A DNA stretch of 64,000 bases, from the NCBI RefSeq assembly GCF_006345805.1, contig NC_043004.1, forward strand, positions 95,356,001 to 95,420,000. Reading direction: 5' to 3'. The notes beneath the pieces are model-generated. The model was not told the DNA's origin, made no database searches, and saw nothing but the letters and a program-made list of their open reading frames with translations. Positions 53,090 through 64,000 of the stretch are shown here, one piece after another. The stretch's first letter is position 1. Each line of letters begins with the position of its first letter. Source of the DNA: Octopus sinensis (Eukaryota). Position numbers and translations under genes: made by a program.

Positions 53090-53797
53090 AAAGGCCCATC
53101 CTGGGGTCCATAGTCTTAAAAGCTGCATGGTGACCTCATTAATGCTGGTGCTACAACAAAAAGCACCTAGTACAAGCTGTAAAGGAAGGGTGTCAAGCTG
53201 CAGAAATCTCACCAAAGCAGACATTGAAACACAATGCAATCCTTAGACCAGCATGGAACATGGTTGTGAAATGATGATGATGAGGAGGAGGATGAAGACG
53301 ATGATGTGAATATTTGTACATACACACATGTATGTACGCAATATGTTTGTGTGTATATATGTATAAATACATGCACTCATACATATGCGTATATATAAGA
53401 ATATATGTGTGTGTGTAAGTGTGAGTGCATGTGGGAAATGAATGAGTTGTGTGTGTGTGTGTAACTTGTACATGCAAAGACGCATATAAACTTACAATAC
53501 CTAAACTTCATGTATTCATGCAAAACATGTATTCATGAATGGTTGTATTATAATAGACGTATAAATACAGCGAGGCATATCCTAATGCACACATTCCAGC
53601 AAGTTCAAATGAAAATATATACATACCTTCATACACTCACTGAACTTCTATACAGCTTTGCAAAAGCAAAAGACAACTCTAGCAGCACAGATGTGATAGG
53701 GGTGGAATATTTTGAGATAAATGCAGGTATAAACGCACTCACACAAATCTGTATATTTATTCATGTACACATGTGTGTATGTATATACATATATATG

Positions 53798-53854
<57 letters not shown>

Positions 53855-54132
53855 CTATATATATATATATATGTATATATATGGACACACCCACAATGAG
53901 AAGAGAAAGAAATAAGGGAAACGGACAAAAAGAAAATAGATAACCATGCATTTGGGAAAGCATGCCAATGTATATAACATGCATGTATACAGTAACAGCT
54001 AAGGATATGTACATACATAAAACATTGACAAACACACACACATACATACATACATATAAATTTATATGTGTGTGCGTATGGCTTTGTACATATGTATTCA
54101 TAAGCATATATGTATATACATGTATACATACA

Positions 54133-54215
<83 letters not shown>

Positions 54216-54298
54216 CATATATATGTGTATATATATGTCTATATGTATAACATATATATACCTACATATATATATATGTATATATATATATATGTAGG

Positions 54299-54340
<42 letters not shown>

Positions 54341-55649
54341 GTGTGTGTGTGTATAATATCTATATATATATATATTGTGGGGTACATACATGCATGAGTA
54401 TCTAGCAACGAAGACAGTATGCTTTTTTCTGCTTACTTGCTTCTCTCTCTCTCTCTCTCTCCTCTCTCTCAGTGTCTTTCTCTCTTCCCCTTCTCTTCCT
54501 CCTTCCCCTCCTATTTTGCTTATTAGATCATGGACAGTTTGACCAATTGTTAAGGATGTGACAAGCTTTTATTACAGTTGCAGAAGAATGTCTGGATTGG
54601 ACCATTATGTTCCCAAAACGGTCGCTCCGTATGACCTTTCTATTCAATACAATCGTTAGCTCTTTAAACTACGACCACCTCTACTCACCGACCTGCAGAC
54701 CGTCTCTTAAAACAAGACATTCTAAATGTCAAAAGGTATTTTCAGTCGGACACGTACGTGAACAAAACCTCTCTCTTTGCAAATCATTCTCTCTACATTT
54801 GACAATGGCAATTCAATTTCAGATAGGCAATTCTTTGTTGGTTTGTTGGGTTTTTGTTTTTCATTATTATTGTTGTTCTTGTAGATATTGTTTGATAATT
54901 GTTTATTGTTGTTGTTTTTTCTATATTTTTTATGTTGATGTTTTTGGTTTTTTGGGAGGTTTTTTTTGGCATGTTTGATAAATTCCTTTCCCTCTTTCTC
55001 ATTTGAGGATTATTTTCATCTCGCTGTCTGGGTTCTTCTTTATAATCATAGTCAGTGGTTCTGATTGTGGTTGTGGTTGTGGTATAGCAGTGTAGCACAC
55101 CTGTCCGAAACTAAGCTGAAGTACTACAAATTGTGGACGAGGTAAATATTGATAGATAAGGAAGAGAATGAAAATAAAATGAAATATATTCCAGAAATAC
55201 TACAAAAATAAAATCAAAAGAAAATCAGAAAAAAAAACGATACACAAAATAGTTACAGGGACTCAGAGGAGTTGGAGGTGAATCAATGCAGTGTGGAGCA
55301 GTGTTAGAGAAATACAATGACCCTGATGGAAATGGTAAGTAAAGGCTGAAGAATGAAGTGGTTGGAAATGTCAAATTTTGTTTGTGGTTGTTAAGGATAA
55401 GCATGATACGAATCAACAATCATAGCTGCAGTATTTTTTTGTTAAGTTAGATGCACCACTTCAGTTGCAGATATGATCACTGCTGTAGTATTGTATTATA
55501 TGAAACTGAATATGGGTTTTGTGTATGTGAGTGTTTGTGTATATGTGTGCCTACATGTAAAGTCAGTGCATTCTGAAATACATATGAACATTATTTACAT
55601 ATATATATATATATAAAACAAATGTCTATATGTATAATATACATACTAC

Positions 55650-55694
<45 letters not shown>

Positions 55695-55915
55695 ATATAT
55701 TTATATATAATATAAAATATTTATATTTGCATATATGTATATATAAATATATATATATATGCATACAATATGTATATATATATATATATATATATCTATA
55801 TATATATATATATAAATATTTATATTTGCATATATGTATATATAAAATATTATTATACAATATATACATATATGTACATTGTATGTATACAATATGTATT
55901 TTATATACTCATCTA

Positions 55916-55948
<33 letters not shown>

Positions 55949-56502
55949 CATCACCATTTTACATCCTCTTATTTTTTTCATCTCTGCAGGCACACACTCA
56001 TACATACATACATGCGCAAATACATATAGTTACAATATATATTACACACGCATACACACGCACATACACACACACAAAAACACAAACAAACACAAAAACA
56101 CACACACACAAACACACAAGCACATACACACACACATGTGTGCACATGCACAAATACATATAGCAACAATATATAAGGCACACATACTAACATACATAAA
56201 AAAGAGGAAATGTGAAAGTGGTTTGGGAACTGAAATATTAGCCAATGAATGCAAGAGAGTTGGCAGTAATATTATAAACGTGTGATGTGAATGGACGATA
56301 CAATCTGAATGGACAGAAGGATATTGAGATGGCTGGGGAAAGTTTCAGGAATAGTTGCAGATCAAGAAAGAATTGAGAAGTAATAGAAGTCGCGGGGACA
56401 GATCTGGGAAAGCTGGATCTCACCTCTCTAAAGAAATCTTGTGCTGAATATCTGTCTAATTGATGCTATAACAAAAATTAAAAAAAAAAGAAAATATATA
56501 TA

Positions 56503-56924
56503 GGCGCAGGAGTGGCTGTGGGGTAAGTAGCTTGCTAACCAGCCACATGGTTCCGGGTTCAGTCCCACTGCGTGGCATCTTGGGCAAGTGTCTTCTGCTA
56601 TAGCCCCGGGCCGACAATGCCCTGTGGGTGGATTTGGTAGACGGAAACTGAAAGAAGCCTGTCGTATATATGTATATATATATATATAAGTGTGTGTGTA
56701 TATTTTTTTGTGTCTGTGTTGGTCCCCTAGCATTGCTTGACACCGATGCTGGTGTGTTTTATGTCCCCGTCACTTAGCGGTTCGGCAAAAGAGACCGATA
56801 AAATAAGTACTGGGCTTACGAAGAATAAGTCCTGGGGTCGATTTGCTCGACTAAAGGCGGTGCTCCAGCATGGTGCCGCAGTCACAACTGACTGAAACAA
56901 GTAAAAGAGTAAAGAGTAAAAGAG
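56503..56924 (+). mobile_element. SINE family A, full length
   Basis: As 4323. Confidence 0.9.
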
Positions 56925-57362
56925 TATATGTTTAGGTCTTGATGTTGATGATGATGATGATGATGATGTGCTGCATGCTTAATCTGGGTTTCACAACCAT
57001 GTGGTTTCAGGTTCTATCCACTGCATGGCACCTTGGTCAAACGTCGTCAACTATAGTTCTGGGGTCAACTGAAACTGCGAGTTGATTTGATAAATGTAAG
57101 TCAAAAGAAGCCCATTGTATATCCACATATGTGCCTGTCTTTGGGTTTATTCAAATGATTTCATATTTACTTTGTCCACGTGGGTCATTTGCTCACGTTT
57201 TATGGATACCTGCCTCCTTCACTCTCTTCCTCCAGTCATAGAGGTCCTATAAAATGTCGTAGGCAGTGTGTTCTCTCCTAACTAGAAATGATAAAGAAAA
57301 AATGTAGAAAGCCCAAACACAAGATTTATAATTACATTCTTAAGCATAATCCTTTTCCTATA

Positions 57363-57610
57363 TACAAGTGGGTGCTGGAAAGTTTCTAGCTTTGGCTAAA
57401 TGAAAATACAGGAGGATCAGTTAATTATGATTTTATTCAATATATTCCCCTCTCAGATTCACACACTTATTACTGCAGTCCTTCAGTTTTTCTGACCCAG
57501 TAAAAGAACTCAGAAAGAACTTTAACGTTATCATGAAAGGCCTGGTTGGGCCTCCAACCAGACCTTTCTTGATACCCTTAAATCCAGAAACTTTTCAACA
57601 ACCTCTCGTA
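57363..57610. mobile_element. Mariner-type MITE, complete and degenerate
   Basis: ta|caagtgggtgctggaaagttt ... gaaacttttcaacaacctctcg|ta. Confidence 0.7.
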
Positions 57611-57685
57611 TATACCTCTCAACAATGACATTGTTTTTACACACACATCTTTAGTTAATTTAACAGACAAATCTTTCTCTTTCTA

Positions 57686-57908
57686 TACTCTTACTCTTTT
57701 ACTCTTTTACTCTTTTACTTGTTTCAGTCATTTGACTGCGGCCATGCTGGAGCACCGCCTTTAGTTGAGCAAATCGACCCCAGGACTTATTCTTTGTAAG
57801 CCCAGTACTTATTCTATCGGTCTCTTTTGCCGAACCGCTAAGTGATGGGGACGTAAAAACACCAGCATTGGTTGTCAACCTGCTAGGGGGACAAACACAG
57901 ACACACAA

Positions 57909-57957
<49 letters not shown>

Positions 57958-58148
57958 ATACATATTATATATATATATATATATATAATATCTATATATA
58001 TATATATATATATATATATCACATATATACGACAGGCTTCTTTCAGTTTCCGTCTACAAAATCCACTCACAAGGCATTGGTCGGCCCGAGGCTATAGCAG
58101 AAGACACTTGCCCAAGATGCCACGCAGTGGGACTGAACCCGGAACCAC
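57686..58148 (-). mobile_element. SINE family A, head truncated
   Basis: Reverse complement of the family consensus. Confidence 0.9.
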
Positions 58149-58741
58149 GTCTATCTATCTTACATTCTTTTTCTATCAATGCTCTGCCACCATGTTACCA
58201 GGTTTCAAATGTGAGCATATATTTTAAGTGTTATAAACTTAGGACCAAATGCTACTTTCATAAACACAGAACATACTTCTGTACCTTTTGATATATCTAC
58301 ACAAGTACAACTGTAATGATAACTACACTAAAACTACAACATCAGTATCACCCTATCTCCAAGTTGCTCCAAATCTCATCTATTGATCAATACAGCATTG
58401 CCGATTCTACTATTTGTTTCATTTATCAATCATCTCACTTTTACAGCCTAGTTAAGACCATAGTTAATTTAAGCCTAATACGACTCTGACCCGCAGATGT
58501 GAATGCATCAAAATTATTGTTACAATGATTCAATTTTGATAATCCTAACTCTTTCACTGGCTCTGAATTTCCTCTGCAATTTTATATATTGCTTTATGTA
58601 TTATATATTACCTTCCTTTGTGATTTTATACATATTACTTAATATATATTATTTGGTGTGTACAATTTCATGTGTGACTCTGGCATGAACAAAATACAAA
58701 GAGGCAAAACTAGAGAGGAAATAATTGCTTATATATCTTAC

Positions 58742-58795
58742 AAAAATCATCCCTGCAATTCCCTTTAGAATTGCAACTAATATATTGACATGCAG
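58742..58795 (-). CDS. Candidate 54-nt exon (LHVNILVAILKGIAGMIF or ACQYISCNSKGNCRDDF)
   Basis: Acceptor ttcctacatgcag, donor gtaaga. Two frames are open and no homology is recognised. Confidence 0.2.
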
Positions 58796-58979
58796 CTGCA
58801 TGTAGGAATGCAGACAGACATATGTGCATATATACATATATATGTATATATGTGCATTGAGACATGTTATGCATCATAAAATTTATAGACTGGGTAAGGG
58901 ATTTTGTAGAATCAGTTTTATGATGTTATTCTATTGGCCATTTTAAATGCATCACAAGTGGGCAGGAATTTAGAGTTGA

Positions 58980-60950
58980 CTGTGATGATGGTGGTGGTGG
59001 TGGTGTTGGTGGTGTGGTGGTGGTGGTGGTGGTGTTGGTGGTGGTGGTGGTGGTGTTGTGGTGGTGGTGGTGGTGGTGGTGGTGTGGCGGTGGTGGTGGT
59101 GGTGTTGGTGGTGTTGGTGGTGGTGGTGGTGTTGGTGGTGGTGTTGGTGGTGGTGTTGGTGGTGGTGGCAGCAACATTGGTCATGAAGTGGCTGATGGTA
59201 GAGATGATGTTGGGGAACATGGTAATGTGGAAGTGGTGGTGCTTAGTGTTGGTACTGGTGATGGTCGTGGTGGAGGTAGTTGTGGTGGTTGCTGCGTGGA
59301 TTGTGATTGTGGTGGTGGTGGTGGTGGTGGTGTTGGTGTTGGTGTTGGTGGTGTTGGTGGTGTTGGTGTTGGTGGTGTTGGTGTTGGTGGTGGTGGTGGT
59401 GGTGGTGGTGGTGGTGGTGGCGGCGGCAGCGGTGGTGGTAGCAGCGGTGGTGGCAGCGGTGGTGGCAGCGGTGGTGGCAGCGGTGGTGGCAGCGGTGGTG
59501 GCAGCGGTGGTGGTGGTAGTATGATTGCTAGATTGGTGCTGCTGCTTGGAAGAACAATTTTAGGAATGGTGATGGTAGTGGTGGTCAAGGTGGTATTAGT
59601 GGCAGTGTTTTGATGGTTTTAAATGTAATTTGTTCTGATAAGTGACTAATTAGCTAGTGATGTTGTTGATGAAGCTGGTGATATTGATGATGTTTTAATT
59701 GTTGTAATGACACCAGTTCTGGTATCTGTAATAATAATGTTGATATGAATAATGATGGTAAGGCTGCAGATATTAGCGGTAATGGTGGTGGTGCTGGTGC
59801 TGGTAGTGGTGCTGGTGCTGGTGTTGGTGCGGTGGTGGTGGTAGTGGTGGTGATGGTGGTGGTGGTGGTGGTGGTGGTGGTGGTGGTAGTGGTGGTGATG
59901 GTGATGGTGGTGGTGGTGGTGGTGGTGGTGGTAGTGGTGGTGATGGTGATGGTGGTGGTGGTGGTGCTGGTGCTGGTAGTGGTGCTGGTGCTGGTGTTGG
60001 TGGTGGTGGTGGTGGTAGTGGTGGTGATGGTGGTGGTGGTGGTGGTGGTGGTGGTGGTGGTAGTGGTGGTGATGGTGATGGTGGTGGTGGTGGTGGTGGC
60101 ACTCTCAGTGATCGTCATCATCACCATCATCATGGTGGTGATGAAGGTGGTGGTATTGGTGCTAGTGCTGATAGTGATAGTGGAGGTGGTAGTGTTATTT
60201 TTTGTGGTATTAGTGACAGTGGAAGTGATGAAGGTGTTGGTGATAGTGGTGGTGATAACGTTGTTTTAGTGGTGGAGATGGTGGTGGTGCTGCTGCTGCT
60301 ACTGCTGTCGATGAGAGTGGTAGTGTGGTGGTGGTGGTGGTGTGGTGGTGATGGTGGTGGTGCTGCTGCTACTGCTGCTGGTGATAGTGGTGGTGATAGT
60401 GTTGTTATTGATGGTAGTATTGGTGGTTGTGCTGGTACTGGTGATGTTGTCCTTGGTGGTGGTAATGGTGGTGGTGCTGGTGGTGGTGCTGGTGGTGTTG
60501 GTATTGGCAGTGGTGGTGGGGGTGGCACTGGTGGGTGGGGGTGATGGCACTGGTGGTGGTGGTGGTGGTTGTGGTGGTGGTGGTGGTGGTGGTGGTAGTG
60601 GCAGTGGTGGTGGGGGTGGCACTGGTGGGTGGTGGTGATGGAACTGGTGGGTGGTGGTGATGGCACTGCTGGTGGTAGTGGTGGTAGTGGTGGTGGTGGT
60701 GGTGGTGGTGGTGGTAGTGGCAGTGGTGGTGGGGGTGGCACTGGTGGGTGGTGGTGATGGAACTGGTGGGTGGTGGTGATGGCACTGCTGGTGGTAGTGG
60801 TGGTAGTGGTGGTGGTGGTGGTGGTGGTGGTGGTGGTGGTGGTGGCGGTTGCGGCGGCGGCAGCACTGGTGAGAGTGGCACTTGCGATATTGGCAGCAAC
60901 AAGAATGACAGAGGCGGCAGTAGCGACCGTAAGTGGCGGTGACAGCGGTT
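58980..60950. repeat. ~2-kb (GGT)n-based cryptic simple repeat with higher-order duplications
   Basis: Direct reading; blocks such as ggtagtggcagtggtggtgggggtggcactggtgggtggtggtgatgg recur. Confidence 0.9.
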
Positions 60951-61656
60951 CTGGTATTAAAAGTAATGGAAGCAGTAGCATAGTTAACCAAAGCTGGCAG
61001 AGGCACCGATAGTGTTGGCAGCGATGGTGCTAGAGACATTTCTAGTTTTATTAACTGCTGCTTCAGTAGTTCCAACATAATGTTCACACATCAGACGCAA
61101 AATGATTGCGCCCACCCAAACAGCTAGCTTAGTCATTTCCTTTAGCTGTGTCACTTAAATGCTATGAGGGTGCTATATCCATAAAACATGTTTAATATCA
61201 TTATTTGGTTGTGTCCTAACTGGTTAGAGTACATGGCTATGTATACTAATGATCTCATTGTTGATGACTCAGTACTCTGACCTTGCATGTTCTGTACACA
61301 TTACCAACTCATCAATTCTATATACAGTCTACAGAAAGCTGTTCCCTAGTTTAACGGGTAAAGTTTATGTCGTGTGTGCATGTGTGTATGTGTACGTGAG
61401 TGTGTGTGTGTACGTGTGCATGTGTGTGTGTGTGTACGTGTGCATGTGTGTGCACATATATACATACATACATGCATACATACATAGACACAGACACATA
61501 TGAGTGTGTATATGTGTGTATATAGATTAGCAAACTTTAGTTAAAATATATGTGTGAATATAATTGTATAAGCCTCTGTGTGTGCATGTGTGTGCATGAG
61601 TGTGTATACATTTACAGTCATATACATAAATATATACAAATATATATATATATATA

Positions 61657-61821
61657 GGCGTAGGAGTGGCTGTGTGGTAAGTAGCTTGCTAACCAACCAC
61701 ATGGTTCCGGGTTCAGTCCCACTGCGTGGCATCTTGGGCAAGTGTCTTCTGCTATAGCCCCGGGCCGACTAATGCCTTGTGAGTGGATTTGGTAGATGGA
61801 AACTGAAAGAAGCCTGTCTTA

Positions 61822-61865
<44 letters not shown>

Positions 61866-61904
61866 CGTGTGTGTGTTTGTAAAAGAGTAAAAGAGTAAAA
61901 AGAG
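61657..61904 (+). mobile_element. SINE A with the 3' half deleted
   Basis: The head joins directly to the (gtaaaaga)n tail after gtgtgtttgt. Confidence 0.85.
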
Positions 61905-62285
61905 AATATATGTATATATACATACATACATATATACATGTAAGTCTGCATATATATGTGTGTATTTATGCACATATATGTGTGTATCTGTGTGTGTGTG
62001 TGTACATACATATATCTACATATATTCATACATCATACATATGTTCTTGTGTGTGTGAGGTGTGAGTGTGTAGGTGCGTCATCATCGTCATCATGAACAT
62101 CACCATGAGTGTCATCATTTTATGCCTGCTCTTCAACACCTGCATGAGTCAAATAGAATTAGTTAAGACAGACTTTCTACTGTTGGATGTCTTTCCTCTT
62201 GCCAACCCTCATCTGTTTCCAAACGATGACTGGAAATACAAACTATTATCACTTTTGCAGTGGTGAGGCTCCTTTACAAACACCA

Positions 62286-62636
62286 TGTGATGTCACGTGA
62301 CAACTTGCTGGGGCTGCCTGCTGGAGCCTATGCGGCAGGTAGTTAAAGGGAGAAATTTGACAAGACAGTCAGTCACCGGCTGACACTTGCTGACGATACA
62401 TCGAAGAGGCCAGGGAACAGAAGAAAGAAGAAGAAAGAAGACATGCATCCAACACCAGAGCTGAAGACACCTCCGAAAGGGGGGGACCGCCACGTTAAAA
62501 CGGTAGAGGAGTAGGGGCCGAAACCGGACGTGGTTCCTCCTGATGATGTCTTGAGCTAACTGGATCCTATAAAGGAGCTGTTCTGGTGGCAGACCACGAA
62601 ACACGGTTGTAATTCCTCCTGTCAAGACAAGAGTAC
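62286..62636. other. GC/CpG-rich single-copy island of unknown nature (LTR remnant or regulatory sequence)
   Basis: Begins tgtgatgtcacgtgaca, is CpG-rich relative to its surroundings and contains cctataaagg. Confidence 0.35.
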
Positions 62637-62739
62637 ACACATACACACACGCATGCATGCCCATACACAAACATACAGGCATACACAGATATAAACATCA
62701 TTCATTTCATATTTGGCTAAGATATTCCAAATATCTTAA

Positions 62740-62943
62740 TACTTAAACATTCAAACCGACAATATCCAGCCTGTTTTTATGTTCAGACAAGTCAAATGCA
62801 GTCTTTCACACCTACTCTATAATGTCCTTCTAAAAATAAGCAAAAACATTATGAAAATCTCAAAGGTATGAGATAATGCATGAGTAATTCAAAGGTGAAT
62901 AAATAAGCATTACATGTGACAGAGCAATCTGAATGCTAAAGGG
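62740..62943. mobile_element. Degenerate piggyBac-type MITE
   Basis: Right end gaatgctaaaggg|TTAA; degenerate left end after TTAA at 62736-62739. Confidence 0.5.
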
Positions 62944-63182
62944 TTAAAACATCATGCAAGGGAGGTCACTCTAATAACATCCCACAAAGAAATATTTTGT
63001 GAAACCAATAAATATGCTCATTTGTGTACATGTGTGAACTTTATAAGTGCTTGTGTAAATGCATATACATATATATATACACACTTATACACACACATAT
63101 ATGCATGCATACTTATACATCAATGCATTTATATATACAAATGCACAAGTACACACATGTACATATATATATATATAGCTAT

Positions 63183-63573
63183 TACTCTTTACTCTTTTAC
63201 ATGTTTCAGTCATTTGACTGCGGCCACGCTGGAGCACCACCTTTAGTCGAGCACATCGACCCCAGAACTCATTCTTTGTAAGCCTAGTACTTATTCTATC
63301 GGTCTCTTTTGCCAAACTGCTAAGTTACGGGGATGGAAACACACCAGCATCGGTTATCAAGCGATGTTGGGGGGACAAACACAGACACAAACACACACAT
63401 ATATATACATATACGACAGGCTTCTTTCAGTTTCCATCTACCAAATCCACTCACAAGGCTTTGGTCGGCCCGAGGCTATTGTAGAAGACACTTGCCCAAG
63501 GTACCACGCAGTGGGACTGAACCCGGAACCATGTGGTTGGTAAGCAAGCTACTTACCACACAGCCACTCCCGC
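63183..63573 (-). mobile_element. SINE family A, near full length
   Basis: Reverse complement of the family consensus. Confidence 0.9.
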
Positions 63574-64000
63574 TCCTGTTCTTTTTTGCTCTTGCTTCAC
63601 AAGAGATAAGACCTACTTTTGCTTGTCTGCTGTCATAGCTCCTTTCTCCAACATTCACCGCTTTACCTCGTTATGGCTTAACAGCCCTCACCATTTGTTT
63701 CTACTGTTTTTGTTCTTAATGTCTTGTTTTTGTTACCACTTTAACCCTCAGCAAAAATCCCAAATTTTATTTCATTTGCTTTGCAGAAAGGACTGTTTTA
63801 ATGAAGTTGCATCTTGTACTAACCTTTGAAATGCGGAATAGATAAAACAGGAGTTAACTGATGAAGGGATTGTTCTTTATGTTGCCTGTCTTGTTTCTCT
63901 ATTTGTTTCTTTCGTTGTCCCCCCCAAAAGTTCGCTTTTCATATTTTTGTTGTTTTTTTATGCTCTCGTTTCCATTTGGTTCACATTTTTTTGACAACCT

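Noticed and set aside
54574-55334. Two phase-compatible plus-strand candidate exons (AEECLDW..KCQK and GLRGVGGESMQCG..)
   Set aside because: No recognisable protein, and equally plausible splice signals exist on the opposite strand.
59014-61087. Gly-, Pro-, Thr- and Val-rich ORFs
   Set aside because: All frames are open because GGT repeats lack stops; no recognisable domain.
62455-62615. CUGAAGA/CUGAUGA and CGAAAC motifs in the GC island
   Set aside because: No arrangement gave closed helices I and II.
63858-63935. CUGAUGA-A-GGGA..UCCC
   Set aside because: G12 is missing, helix III is not formed and the element runs off the window edge.

Overview
AT-rich, microsatellite-dense eukaryotic non-coding DNA, almost certainly an animal genome. 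The SINE repertoire and repeat density suggest a cephalopod such as Octopus (inference). No complete protein-coding gene is recognisable, and nearly all long ORFs in the supplied track are translations of simple repeats. The window contains: (i) many copies of two modular tRNA-headed SINE families (called A and B here), an RTE-tailed family C and one V-SINE-like copy; (ii) LINE remnants (RTE, CR1, R4/Dong-like, a young Tx1/L1-like copy) and Penelope-like (PLE) remnants; (iii) two non-autonomous Helitrons and several MITEs; (iv) an old 22-bp satellite carrying a young 30-bp array of CRE palindromes; (v) a few weak candidate exons on the minus strand. The most striking observation is eight hammerhead-ribozyme-like motifs in four unrelated repeat families, three of which use a non-canonical CCGANGA (U4C) core, one in a 411-bp tandem repeat resembling a non-LTR retrozyme. 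Second, the 3' tail of SINE B matches the 3' end of the Tx1-like LINE, suggesting a SINE/LINE partnership. All folds and alignments were done by eye, and boundaries of degenerate elements are approximate.
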